Counted from the first letter of the whole stretch, positions 24,901-38,573 are shown. The stretch: DNA of 63,407 nt, filler included, from Asterionella formosa (GCA_002256025.1; 12 parts of 12 records of this genome joined end to end with filler, not necessarily neighbours in it); one strand, 5' to 3'. Notes: generated by a model from the sequence alone, not told the origin. Program-made: numbers and translations.

Positions 24901-27900
24901 AAGTATGCTACTTCGCAGCAATATTACGCTGGTTTCACCAAATAAATATATTAATAGTCCCCAATATAGATTCAATTATTATTTTTTCTGCTTTCAAATT
25001 TTTTTTGGTATCAACTGCCAAAGAATAATACATTGCTTTGTCGGCACTGATACCTGCATTAACGACTACACATATTGCCGGTACAATCAATAAATCAATT
25101 CTCACTTGATAAAGATCGATTTTCACATCTTAAGCTTCAACTCATCATGCTATTGTCATAGCCGTAGTATTATTCATTTTTCAGCTACTGTGAAAGAGTC
25201 GAATTCCTTAGAAAGATTGTCATCTTCAATTGTGCATTTCTAAATTAGCTACATAAAAATGGCGCCATCGGCGACTTTAATTTTCATCGTCAATTTTAGT
25301 GTTATTACAGTTATTCTTTTACGATTGTATTGTCTATGTTTTGCTTGACACATGTTCCGAATAGGAAAGCGTCGCTCTCAGTTTTCGTAGAGATTTCCGC
25401 TATTTTCGTCATGGTCAAGGCTTAAACGACATGCTGCAGGATGCTCCAGCCGATCATGACGACTACACTGCAGTGTTTTGTATATGAAAAAAATTGCATC
25501 ATGTGAGCTAAATAAAATACTTGGTAGCGCTTACGAGGGGGGATACAGGTACTGGTACCAGGTACCCTGAACATGAATCCAGCCATACTCACCACTGCCT
25601 TATTTTCCGATGTATCTATTTTTTTACCGGTACTACCTGGTACCGGTAGTTGAAGGGCGGTAAATTGGTGGTCCTCATGGTAGACTCGTACCACACTGCA
25701 GACCGCGCCAGTATTTAGTGTGTTCATTTTACTGCACTACGGTAGTATGGTACATTCTATTAGTATGTCATATGAGCACAACCGTGTCCGCGCCCATTTT
25801 CAATTAATTAAATACTCTATCAGTATCATCCTGACAACACATAATTGAAAAATCGTCTTGTCGAAAGGAAAATTTACGATGACAAAGATGGCCTCTGTGT
25901 GGTAAGTTTAACGCAATCGTTCTTCTTTTCCGAGCTTCTTCTTCTCATACCCCTACATCCTTTCTAATTTATAGCCTCTCATGACTGAATATTCAAGATT
26001 CAATGAAGAATGTGGGTTGTTTTAAAGCCCCTGTAGTCGGCGCCTTTTGGGTATGTTGTTTTTGTTTCTTCTTGCCATTGGTTTAACTTCCCAAGCTTCT
26101 ACTTCTCAAACTTCTACCTCCTTGTTTCCTATACTAGGGCCATTTCCAAAATCACAGTGAAGATTCATACAAGAATGGGGTTGTTTCTAAGCCATCCTTG
26201 TTGTCGCTTTTCTGGGTATGTTATTTTGCCTTGTTCGTTTACCATTTTTCTTTCGATGAGCTGACAAAAATGCTTCTCTATTATCTCGATAGGATTCAGT
26301 GATGAACCGCACATTTGATGGTGTATCTAGTAGATAAATGAAACAAGGTAAGAATCATGAATGCAATGTTGATTTGACATGGTAATCGATTTATAATTTC
26401 TAAAGCAGGACTATNNNNNNNNNNNNNNNNNNNNNNNNNNNNNNNNNNNNNNNNNNNNTTAATTAATTAANNNNNNNNNNNNNNNNNNNNNNNNNNNNNN
26501 NNNNNNNNNNNNNNGTGATCACATAATATAGTGATGATCAGGAATGCATGCATGATACTTTGATCAAATATTTAACGTGATGTATTCAGATAATATATAG
26601 ATATATTCAACTACGTATTTTGATGTATTCAACTAATTCATGTGATGCATTCAAAATCAACTAGGCTTATTTATGTGATGGTCACTTCACGTAATACGCG
26701 GCTTAGATGAATGTGTGGATTAACGTACATCATAGAATTATTCTGGGAAAAAACGGACCTCGCAATTTGTAATTGCGGGGCCGCAACCCTAATAGAGAAC
26801 AAAATAGATAGCTGTGTACCCTATAACGTCAGGAGTAAACTTCTGCAGAGTGGCAGTTTTCCCTCGTAGTTTTTTGAAAAGCGTCGTAGCCCCTTTTATT
26901 GGGATAGTTACGATTCCAAGGGGGATAATTGCCACTTCTCTCCAGAAATGAGGTCCTTACCATATCTGAATATAGATCATACCCCTAAGTCGAGCGATGA
27001 CTGTATCTGAGCATATGCAAAGTGATCGTATTGGCGAAAGCTAATTTTATCTTTAACTATTTTATTTAGTTGTACGTACTGTGTGGATTGAAGTACATCA
27101 TAAAATTATTTTGGAGAAAAACAGAGCTCGCGATTTATAACTGCGGGGCCGCAACCTTAAGAAGTCAGAGAAGTCAAACACATACTTCTTATAAGTAAAC
27201 ATAAATGAATAAAGCTGAACAGAGCCTTCACCAATATACACCCTTTCCACATGCCTAGATACAGCCATTGATCAGAGTAGGGGTATAGGTCAATTCTATG
27301 TATCATCAGGATATAGGATCTGGCGAGAAAGTGCAGAAAGGAACTTGCGGAGTCTTTCATTTCATCTTCAAGAAAACATGTCAAAGTAAATGATACATCT
27401 CAAAGCAAATGATTTAAACAAAATTTTCTATCGGAATTGGAGTGAAAGGAATAAAGACAACTATGCTCATTCTGTTAAAGTATATACAGTGGGAAAGGAT
27501 GTGTGACCAGAAGAATAAAATATATATGATTGAATAGCGATCCATTAAACTCGCTTTTGTATATCATTGATCAATCATCATAATATATTTGACCAGTAGT
27601 AAGATTGCTTTAGATCTGACTTCATTATTACGTTAGTCGAAAGGTAAATACCACTTGATCAAAGCACTCCAATCGATACTAGATTAAGAGATCAATTGAC
27701 TTGATTGAATGGTTGCTATCTTTAGATGGTAAATTGGAAAATCCTTAGATGGTAAATTGGAAAATTATTTGATAATACAGTAATAGTTCTGTATAAACAA
27801 CATTGACATTGTTAGATGAATGAGTTTAGAGTGTATATATATATAAAGACAATACATTCAATTCATAATACAAAAGGCTGGCACACTTACTGATGCGAAA

Positions 27901-28257
27901 TAAAAATCTGTTTGATTTATTAACAATATGTATCTAACTAATCATGAACACAAATGTTGATCATTCACGCAAAAATTATTGATTAACAACTTTTCTTGTG
28001 TGATCAACGACTTTTTATTTATGATCAATCAAAAAATTTATGCTGCAATAATTTTGTGGCATTTGATAATAGAGCCAAAGTGTTAGGCCATAATGCTTTT
28101 TTCATTCACAGACAAACTCCTGCACAAGGGAGTGACCAACACCCTACTAGTACCTTTCTGGCCATGGAATGGGAGCTCAATGATTACAATCCTGTAACTA
28201 GGCTAGTACAAGTGCACTACAATCAAGCATCATTGAATTATAGAATATCCCTTTCTC

Positions 28258-29070
28258 CCTGGGACATCCGGAAAACGTGCTTAAGCCGTTTAACGACAAG
28301 AATTTTGGGGGGTTAAATAATATTAGCTAATTATACAGAACTTAATATATTTATTGAGAGCGCGTCGTGCAAGGGCTAGCCCGCTTCCTTGGAGGCTTGG
28401 CTTGTGCTCGTGACCCTTGCTGCTTTAGTAAAAGTGAATAAGCATTTGGTGCTTAAGTTAAAAGTAAGTAAGCGTAAAAGTAAATAAGCGTTCTTAGGTG
28501 CTTAAGTTGAAAGTAAATAAGCGTTTGGTACTTAAGGCCGGAGCTAACCATGGACAAAAAAGCCAACCAAACACCTTTCTCCAAAGTTACCTACATGACG
28601 TAGGATTCTGTGTTGACTACTTAGAATGTAGCAAGCACAAACCCAATTACCGGTATTCTGCTCATCTTCGAGTCAGTTTATATTGCATGCGTGTATTTAT
28701 GTATTAATATACCGGCAGATACCCTGGACACTGGCTGAGCCTCGTAAAAGTAAAGGTATACCGGTATAAGTCATCGTTCATCGTCAGGATGTCAGCAACA
28801 ACTGCAACAAATCGCTGACGATTTGATCGCAATGATCACATAGATAGAATCAAACAGTCGCTAGAGTTTTGTAAACGATTTTAATCGTAGATTATACATT
28901 TGTTTAGATATAGCAAAAATATTAAATCGGAAACCCACAATTGGGCTTGATGCCTCGTCGTCGCATTGAAACATGTCTTATTTGTGCATTTGCGCCGTTC
29001 TACAATGCTTCATTTTCTACAAGAGACCAGGCCCAACACAAAAATTTTATTTATAATTGATGTTTAGAAT
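28258..29070 (-). repeat. Second copy of the 17350-18340 repeat, with local tandem expansion of GCTTAAGTTAAAAGTAAATAAGC units
   Basis: Direct sequence comparison. Confidence 0.85.
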
Positions 29071-29456
29071 ACCGCTCGTTGGAAGTGACCGTCATCGTCA
29101 TATCGTTGTTTCCACCACCAAGTCACCAATACTGGTACTCAGGGTACATATTAATTGATTCCACAATTGCTATAAAAACTAACCAATTCCAATATAGGAA
29201 TTGTACTATTTTATTTCTAAAAATACCGTAGTACATGCAGTCTAATAAAAAATATATTTGTTTGAATTTTTCATTTTGTTGTTGTCCTACATTCCACTTG
29301 ATGGACTGACAAGAACATTTAGGTTTTCCGGGAGAATTTTGTTTCTGAACACCGTTGTTGTGTTAGCTCCCCTCCAATCTGCTACCGGTACCACCAGGTA
29401 CCAGTAGGCTGAAGAAAAGACATCCCCTAAGCAACCCTAATGTAATTAGAAGTTCG

Positions 29457-29565
29457 TTTGCTGCTTAAGTTTAAGCAAGATTGTCATTTGCTGCTTAACT
29501 TTATGTAAGATATCAGTTTCCTGCTTAAGTTTAAGCAAGATGTCTGTTTCCTGCCTAAGTTATAA
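29457..29565. repeat. Minisatellite of about 30 bp (TTTGCTGCTTAAGTTTAAGCAAGAT..), three to four units
   Basis: Visible tandem units. Confidence 0.75.
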
Positions 29566-30764
29566 GTTTCCTTAGTGGGAAGGCTGGCATACATGTATTT
29601 TACCCTGCCAGCCCATCCCAAAGGAACTTAACAGATAACGCCTTTAGTTTTTGCAGCAAATTTTGAAGCCTTTATCAAAAATCCACTTCCATGTGTACAA
29701 GCACGATTCTGTTTGTCCCTGGTGGTGAAAGCAGAATCCTTGCTCAGTGTTCTTTAACCAGTAGTGAATGCTGCCAACTGCCCCCAACCATATACCAGGA
29801 CGGTCCCTGTTCATGTTGCGGGAAAAAAGAAATTTATATCTCTTTTCCTCATGGTTAAACCGTCGTCTACCATACCTCCCACTGGTACTAATGCCTGAAG
29901 TACTATCATTTGCCAGAAGTCAACTTGCTCTCTTTGGGAGCAATTCCCGCTCCAGCTATCATCTTCCCATTTGGGACTTTTAAGTAATTTTAAGGCTCTA
30001 AGTAATTTCTTAAGTAATTTTTATTTAAGGGCAATGTGGGGCACATCAAATTTTTTGGCAATAAAATTGCCGATTTTAGCATGACAATCATAATAACAGT
30101 AATATGCATAGAGATGGTACAACAAGCATAAACACATGAGAATGATTATAACATGCAACATCAATGAAAATTGAACATGATGTTTGGAGCAACCAAAGTA
30201 TGAAATGTGATGTAATAAGTAGCATCAAATGAGAAAAAGAAGAAATTGTTTTGGGTTAGAAATGAAGTAAATAATAAGAGTTTCAATGGAGACATATGCA
30301 TTGTGAATCATTGTAGTACTTACACACCAGGCAACATTGACCACCACACAATCAATGACCGAAATAAGAAGGGAAAAAGCTGAACCCGGCGCTGCAAGAA
30401 GGTCACCCTACCGGTACTCGTGCCATCCCAGCCTCGAACACATGTATACTCCCAGGCAAGAGACCTCGGGCGTGTATTGCCTTCAGCAGTATGTATTACA
30501 ATGGTTACCCTGGTACCGGGTAGTATGTCCAGTGCCTCGTACTTTTTGTACCAGGGAACACGCAAAAAATTGTTCACACGAATTCTTTCGCGACGAAGGT
30601 CACAGTTGTCGTCTTTGTTTTCCCGTGATTGCCGCAGAAGACGACCGAGCCACATTGATGCCGCTAGCTAAATATTAACTGGTATGAGTGGTAACGTCTG
30701 TCAACTTTGTGTTGAGGATTTTAAAGCTTTCTTTACACTCGAAAAAGCCATTTATCGCGCAACC

Positions 30765-31709
30765 ATGCTCCGCCTCTCAATTGCAGCACTACTGGCAGTT
30801 TCGGCAGCCGCCAAGACACCAGACAATGTGTCCAGTCGTCTCATGATCCATGTGAGTTCCTCCAACAGAAATCTGGGTTCCCATGTCTTTCACGTAGCTC
30901 GTGGTATTCAATCTACGCTTGTTCGAAACAGGCATGGGATTTCGCAACCATGCTCTCGGTAGTCCAGTTGAAGCTTTTCTTGTTACCGGGGTTGCAGCAC
31001 TCATGGACGGCTGAGGCGTCTTTGTTTTAGAGTGTCAAGGCCTTTGCAATGGACACATGAAAGCATCCCACCTCGAACTCCTTGCCCTGGCGCACGCGTG
31101 ACTCGAAACCACGCACACATGCTAACGAAACCCGCTTTCTTTTTCTTCGATAAGATTCCTCAAAGCCTCTTCAAGGAAGGTGGGTATGACCACAGAGAGG
31201 CGCTCTTTGGAGTTCCTCCCTACGGTGGTTCCATCGCCCAGAACGTTTACTATGCCGATTCTGACTTGTGTGATTCAAATGTGGATACACACAAGGGATT
31301 CCCTTCGCGAACCAAAGGCAGTGACGGCAAAATGGATGCTTGGACTCCGCCTTACATTCTCATGCTTGATCGTGGTGGTTGTACTTTTGTGCAGAAGGTA
31401 CGCCAATATGAGCTAAATTGGAATCTCGATCTGTTGTATTTTGCTATCAATCCACACCTAACGATGCTCCGGAATAGGCCCGAAATGCACAGCGTTCCGG
31501 TGCTGCAGGGGTTATAATTGCTGATAATACTTGCTTGTGCTCTGATTTGAAATGCGTTGAGTTATCCGATCAAACCACGTGTGAGACTTCGGAGCCAATC
31601 ATGGCCGATGATGGTTCAGGTTCCGACATTTCCATCCCATCGTTTCTCATGTTCAAAAAAGACGCTGACGCTGTCAAGGCAGAACTCCGCGCCGACCATC
31701 CAGTACAGA
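30765..31709 (+). CDS. VSR: Vacuolar sorting receptor (BP-80/VSR family), 5' part; exons 30765-30851, 31155-31397, 31478->31709
   Basis: Signal peptide; PA domain ALFGVPPYGGSI, LDRGGCTFVQK|ARNAQRSGAAGVIIADN, PIMADDGSG..ISIPSFL. Both GT-AG introns have CTAAC branch sites and keep the frame. Confidence 0.88.
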
Positions 31710-31809
31710 NNNNNNNNNNNNNNNNNNNNNNNNNNNNNNNNNNNNNNNNNNNNTTAATTAATTAANNNNNNNNNNNNNNNNNNNNNNNNNNNNNNNNNNN
31801 NNNNNNNNN

Positions 31810-32333
31810 GGTCAAGTTCCTTGAGGAGTGAGGGATCAAATGTTGATTCAAGATACAAGCGAGCAGTTGTGTCATTGTTCTGGTCATAAGAATCAAATTT
31901 GTTCTTATGCATAGTAGTACCACTCAGATTCATCAAGGACATTGGAAAGGGTGACCTATTCAGAATCCTTGATGACATTGACCATATTGGTGTCATCACT
32001 GATGCTCTTGACATACATGATGGAGTCCATACCTGTGAGTTCTTCAAGATGTGCCAAAACCTTAACACCATAGGCAGAGTATAGGTCTAGGTCCTTGCCA
32101 TCCTTTTTAAACAGAATGAGATCACTGGACTTAGTTTGACGAGAGCAGTTGGGAGTATGCTTGATAACTTTGACATTGGTCAGTCCAGTCCAGTCCAGTT
32201 AAGTCGAGTCAATGTCAGGTTGTTGACCTCCAGTCCATGCAAAAATTTCGGTTGGATAAATGGTGAGTCCTCACATAATAGGTTTTTCAATGGTCATGGA
32301 AGAAGGGGGAGGATCAGAAATATTGCCAGACAT
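31810..32333 (-). mobile_element. Degenerate diatom Copia gag N-terminus (family C)
   Basis: PIM..AWTGG..WTGL..HLEELTGMDSIMY..FDSYDQNND pattern with many stops. Possible LTR boundary TGTTGAT at about 32392. Confidence 0.55.
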
Positions 32334-35038
32334 GAGGAATGATTATGAAGAAGATTTCTTTGTGTAATACAAAGAAAAATGACTGAGATCGTGTTGATCT
32401 TGTAGAGGTAGCTTTTCTTTCACAGAAAAAAAGCGCAATCGGGCTTGATAGCTAGTCAGTATATCACTTGATGATGTAGTGATATATATAAGAGAGATTG
32501 AGTCTTAAATGGAAGGTAATAAGAGATGGCTGAATACTAGAAAGGTCCAGAAGATTACTGATTGTTGTAGAAGGATCTAAGGTTGTGTAGAATTTCGATG
32601 ACAAACTGTGGTGCGGGAAGGTCAAGAAGGGTGGATCTTGTAGGGATCCAAGGTTGAAAGAAAGGAATGAATGTAAATTTAGTTGACAAAACTGATGTTT
32701 TCAATTATATGAGCTTAATTCTAGTTGGCAAAGTGAGGAAGGTGAGGGAGTGCCAGAAGCAACTAATGAAGTGCTGGCAGCATGGACTGAGTAGTGAATC
32801 TACAGACTCCTAAGGGAAAGGTAGAGAAATACCAGTGTGTAGCAAGATCAGAGGTGCTGGCAGTAAGCTGTGTATGAATGTACAGTCTGGTACCATCATA
32901 GACCTGCCTGCTTAGTAGTACCTGGTACCAGCAGCATTGTGCTAGTGCTGTTATACCAGTATACTACTATGCATAATACCTGGTACACAGTCTGGTAGTA
33001 GCATCACTAAATTCCCGCCGGAAGTACTATCATCATGGTACCAGGTACCTGGCACCTGTTTCCACAGAACTATCTGATGGCCGATAAGAGGTCGTACTAC
33101 CAGGTACCAGGTACACAACCTGGTACTGCTAAGCATCACTAAATTCCTGCCGGCAGCCGGTATGCAAACCAGTAGTACCTGGTAGGAGTAAAGTGCTGCT
33201 CCAGCAATATGGTGCTGCCATCATTGACAGGGCAGAAGCGATTTAGCGCTACTGTTGGTAATATGCTGGCATTGCTCCTAGTAGCTACTAGTACACAAAT
33301 GACCAGTATACTGACTGTAATATATTGACATTTACAAGTACATAGTTTGATGTAGTCAACTTTGTCATGTGATCCATTCAGAATCAGCTAGGCTCATTTA
33401 CCTGAACTGTCTTAACATACTAATACGCAGCTTAGTTGTTACGTTCTTATCGCTTTGTGTTGTATGATAACTTGTTGTTATAATCATGCTGAGTCTATAC
33501 CGGCCGGTTATTATTCTACCATGCATTATGTGAAGGCTCTATTTGATTGATGAGCGATTCATTATAGATTTTCTTGATCAAAGATTATAAACAGCATATA
33601 CTTTAGAAGCACAATCGAATATCCAGATGTATGACATGTACTTATCATACATATAGTGATGTTATCATCATGAAGCAAAATTCTGTGCCAGTTATCGTAT
33701 GATGCCTGTGATATCTTATATATTGATATTTTTATTTGCAGACGGTGTAATTCACTTATTATTTTTTCTGGGTATCAGACAATAAAAAGGAACAGTTTCT
33801 CCCAATCTGTTTCTTATTGTGAGTCTGCTATTATCTCCTAGTTCGCCATAATTGAGTCCTTTGCTCATTCAAACTCCCACTGTTCACAACTTTTAATATT
33901 TCAGATCCAGAATTTCATCTACATTTCACTCTGGCATGATAATGAATTCATTCCTTCCATGATATCTTGCATACTTTTTTGTTCTGGAGCAATATCTGAA
34001 AGATAAAAAAATTTTTCTTTCTTGAGAAGATTCATCTATTCTCAGTCCTTGTTAATCAAATAGTCTTCCAAACATTGCAGACATCATTTGCCAACATGAA
34101 TGATAAAACCTAACATGACACCAAGGCTGTTCACCTTGTCTCGAGATTCGTGTTTACTTGTGCTGTGAGCAACATGAGGCACCGCAAAACTGACACCTAG
34201 TGCTTCTGGTACTAGTCCTGGTAGACTCGTTTACTATCAGGTTGCTGCTAACCGATGGACCATTACCATCAGAATGTAGTAATACAGTAATGCAGGAGAA
34301 TCATACATACCGGCAAGTTGTGGTAATTTTGCTGAAATGGACAACGTGATGCAGGACAGGCACTCAAAAAAACTAAATAGAGAATGTCATCAACTCTCGT
34401 TTTGAATCGACAATATCACGACCTGTTATTGACGTAAATCATCATTTCGTCTAAGCGTGGAAAATTTAAAACGAGGCAAATGGCCGAAAAAAGAAAATGA
34501 CAATGACCAGGACAGAAGAGGGGCGGCCCTACACAAAAGTAAGCAATAGCAAGCAAGTATTGCTATCTTTGTTTTATTCTCTTCAAACTCAAAATGAAAT
34601 CAACCAATAATGAGCGGTTTTATATTGATTAGGATTTGTCATCACAAGTAACAACTGATAGTGTTACCTGATTTAACTATTATAGTACCATACCACCGTA
34701 AGAAATATGCATGCTGGCTGGACTCATGCTGCTCAGGGTACCCGAGGTAGCACTCGTAAGCGTTTGTATATAATTATTAAGCGCAAATTATTCTATTCTT
34801 GTGTACATACTTATATGCTGGTATAGCACTACCGGTACTGTGGAGTACTCTGTGGTTGTTCTGAGCGACTGGAGAGTGTATGGTTCATCAGCATGTCGTC
34901 TCAGCCTTGACCATGACGAAAAAACAAATATCTCAATGAATAATGAGAATGACGCTTTGCTATTAATTAATAGATACATACACCGGTATACTGTCACTGG
35001 ACCTGGCTGGTACCTGGTACCAGGTACCGTGGACCTGG

Positions 35039-35213
35039 TGAGCGATCCTGCACATTGAAACAGATATATATAGGGTTAGGGTTATATCAAATATATCAGA
35101 ACTCGACTAACACCTGTTGTATATTTTGATGTCAACTTGGGAAAACAAGTTGTACAGAAGATTAATTAGCTCATATATTCAATGAATACTACTACTTCTA
35201 GTTAGATACTTCA
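35039..35213 (+). repeat. Gypsy 5' LTR
   Basis: TGAGCGATC...GATACTTCA, homologous to 38377-38573. Confidence 0.88.
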
Positions 35214-35252
35214 CTTTGAATTCAAAAAGAGTCCAATTAGAAGAAAACAAAC

Positions 35253-37002
35253 ATGGCAATGTATTCAAGGGTTCCTGTCATTCCTTTGATTAAAGATTAC
35301 AATGTATTGACTATCAAGACTAAAACATTCAGAATTGCTTTAACCGGTGGAAGGTTTGAATCGTTTGATCAAGATATAATCGATGGAAGCTCTGTGGAAG
35401 CATTGTTGATCGGAGTGAATCAATTTTGTGACATGGCTATCACATGTGCCTTTAGCCCTGCAGATACCTTTTCCTACTTTAAAAGGTGTTTGACTGACAT
35501 TGCCTTATCAGATTGTTGGTTGAATGTGGAAGGACACCCAGAAGATCAATCCTACGATAGTTTCGATGAAGCAATGACTTTGTGGTTAGACAATCGTTTA
35601 CCAAACGAGAGTTTTCAACGTCAACGACAATGGATGCTACGCTACTTGTCTAAACCCTTTTCTATGTTGGTAATGGATTTCGGAGCTCTTATTAAGACTT
35701 TGAACAGGCTACTTCAACTAATGCCTCATCCAGAGGAAGATCAAAACGTATTGTCAAAAGAAGATATGTGGATCATCATCATCCGATCTATGCCCAATGA
35801 GTGGCAACAAGAGTTTGCATTGAATCATGCGAAAACTTCAGACCAATCAATTCGCTCGGTTCTCGCTTACTTCGAGAGTCAACATTCGTTTAAGGATCGA
35901 AACAACAAGCATCTTCCCAAGAACAGTTTTCAACCAAGAACAGTTTTCAAACAATCACGCAAAATCGTCTTCGTATTGCTGAAGGCAATCGTGTGATGCG
36001 TCAAGAAAACGAGCGTGTCAGCCGTCAATTCTACAACGATAATTTTACTCCAAGTGGTCGTGGAAGAGCGCGTGCTTTTGTCAATGCAGCCGGTTGCGCA
36101 TGGGATCGTCAGGCGACTGTTCGTCATCAAGCTCTACAAGCCAGTCGTACGTACCATGATTATCGTGGCCCTTGCCCGGTACATCCTGAAAGTTCACACA
36201 CTTGGGGCAATTGTTTTCAGAACCCTAGTACTCAAGGTGGTCGAGGAGGTCGCATGGTTGGTCGTCATAATGGACGTGGCCATTCCAGTTTCGGTAGACG
36301 AGGACATTTTGGTGGTCGTGGAGGCGGTTCACACAGCAATCCTACGGAAAGCTACCATACTGACACTGCTAACCCTGTGTCTGCTCCACATGTTCGTATG
36401 TTAAATTCATGGGGTCGTAATACTCATCCATCCGGTTGGGGTACCGTGCCAGGTGCCGATACTACCGAGAATACATCGGCCCAGGAAATTTCAATGGTCA
36501 CGAACCCTCCTGCTGGTCAGATAGTGACTTTTGTCCCTACTACACAACAGCAGATTGCTGATCGCCATTGCAGAGGTATGTGCGATAATAGCGATGCTAT
36601 TTATAATGACTCATTGAGTATATCTCACGTTAGTCACCACCTAGATAATATTGTTCATTTACAGGTTGAATACACTATGAATACCGCTGTTGCTGTAACG
36701 CGGGACATGTATAAATGTATTGATGGACATGATGTTCCACATACATATCAGGGCCCATTTCCGGTTTCCTGTTTTACTTCTAAGGATATATTAACGTCAA
36801 TTGATTTGATTCCAATGTCTCTTTTAGCGCCACGATTGATGGATGCTATGCCTATGCATAAAATACTATGAGTATTATTTGATAGTGGAGGATCGTTATC
36901 CTTAATACATGAACGAGTTATGCCTCAAGGTATTTCTTTGTCTAACGAGACTTCACAATTAATACATACCATAGCTGGTACTTATTCATCTCATGCCAGT
37001 AT
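35253..37002 (+). mobile_element. Ty3/Gypsy gag and protease, frameshifted, cut by the contig edge
   Basis: Gag-like RSMPNEWQQEF, knuckle CPVHPESSHTWGNC, RGG-rich tract, aspartic protease LFDSGGSLSLI at about 36875. Confidence 0.85.
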
Positions 37003-37102
37003 NNNNNNNNNNNNNNNNNNNNNNNNNNNNNNNNNNNNNNNNNNNNTTAATTAATTAANNNNNNNNNNNNNNNNNNNNNNNNNNNNNNNNNNNNNNNNNN
37101 NN

Positions 37103-38376
37103 ATTTCTACTTTCTCAATTGAAGTAGATGATGAACCTTTGTTTACCTGTTCCCTCAATCATCCAATTTTGGCAGACAATATTCAATATCCTCTGGATTA
37201 TAACTCCATACATGATAGACAATTGCTGGCTATACAATTGATTCTCAATCAAACAAACCAAACACATCCGTTAAGATTTCCCTCTATCAATTTTCATCAT
37301 ATACATTTAATATATTTTGTGAAGAATCCAGGAGATACTTGACGTATTGTTATTCCTACATCACTATCGAATCCTATTATTTATTGGTATCATCAGATAT
37401 TAACTCATGTGGGTATGACAAGATTAAATGCCACAGTTTCTACACATTTTTACTATCCTCCATGAAAAGCAAGAGTGGAACATATTACAAGCATATATGA
37501 AACATGTCAAAACGTACAAAATTACCTGGTGCTTGGTTTTGGTGAACTTCCACCAAGGAATGCATTGTTATTACAATGCTCAGAAGTCACAGTGGATTTC
37601 ATTGGTCCACGGAAGATAACAGTGACTCCACAAGCGATTGAATTTCATGCTCCAACTTGAGTTAACACAGTCACCAATTTACCAGAAATTTCACATATCG
37701 ATAATAAGACATCAGAATATATTGCGATGAAATTTAAAAATCATTGGTTAGAAAGATATTTCCGTCCAGAAGGTTGTATACATGACAATGGAGGTCAATT
37801 TACTGGTATTCCTTTCATACACATGTAAGTGTTGAATGGAATTAAAATTGGGACCATTACAGTCAAGAATCCACAAACAAATGCTATCTGTGAACGTTTA
37901 CATCAATCTATCAGTAACAATCTATGTACGAGTTATGTTAAAGGCTCATCCTCCAATCAAGGAATTTCAAGTTCAGAATATTGTGGATACCAGTTTGCTG
38001 CATCATATGCAGCTCGAGCTACTATTTGTAGTACATTGTGTATTTTCACCAGGAACATGGGTTTTCCAACATGATTTGATTACAGATATGTAATTGATAT
38101 TGGGATATCAATGTCGATAAGTGATAATTGACAAATGACTACGTCGTGATAATTTCCGTCGTCGTTCTTGCGATTACAAGGTTGTTGATGAGGTTTTAAT
38201 CCTATTGGATAATCCTACTACCTTGGATAACCATGGACGAGGTCCTTATTCTATTTTTCAAGTATATGCCAATGGTACAGTTACTTTTCAACAAACTATG
38301 CATACTACGGAACGAATTAATATTCACTACATCAAACCTTTTCAAAGGTAAAAGGTTTTCCCTTGGTGTGGGAGAG
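37103..38376 (+). mobile_element. Gypsy integrase, degenerate, with PPT
   Basis: WYHQILTHVG, VDFIGP, IHDNGGQFTG and NPQTNAICERLH. Purine tract GTGGGAGAG directly before the LTR. Confidence 0.9.
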
Positions 38377-38573
38377 TGAGCGATCTTGCACATCAATACA
38401 GATGTATATAGGGTTAGTGTTATATGATATATGTATCAGAACTCAATAATGAGAGAACTCGACTAACCCTCATTGTATAGTTTGGTGTCGACTTAGAGAA
38501 TGAGTTACACACAAGGATTAACAAATAAACTCATATATTCAACAAATACTACTACTTCTAGTTAGATACTTCA
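38377..38573 (+). repeat. Gypsy 3' LTR
   Basis: TGAGCGATC...GATACTTCA directly after the PPT. Confidence 0.88.

Noticed and set aside
30985..31030. GGGGTTGC...GGCTGAG resembling the start of a TPP riboswitch
   Set aside because: The downstream TPP core (ACCTGAT..TAAT..GCGTAGG) is absent and the gene is unrelated to thiamine.
35071..35085. TAGGGTTAGGGTTA telomere-like repeat
   Set aside because: Only two units, inside a Gypsy LTR and altered in the other LTR. It is not a telomere.
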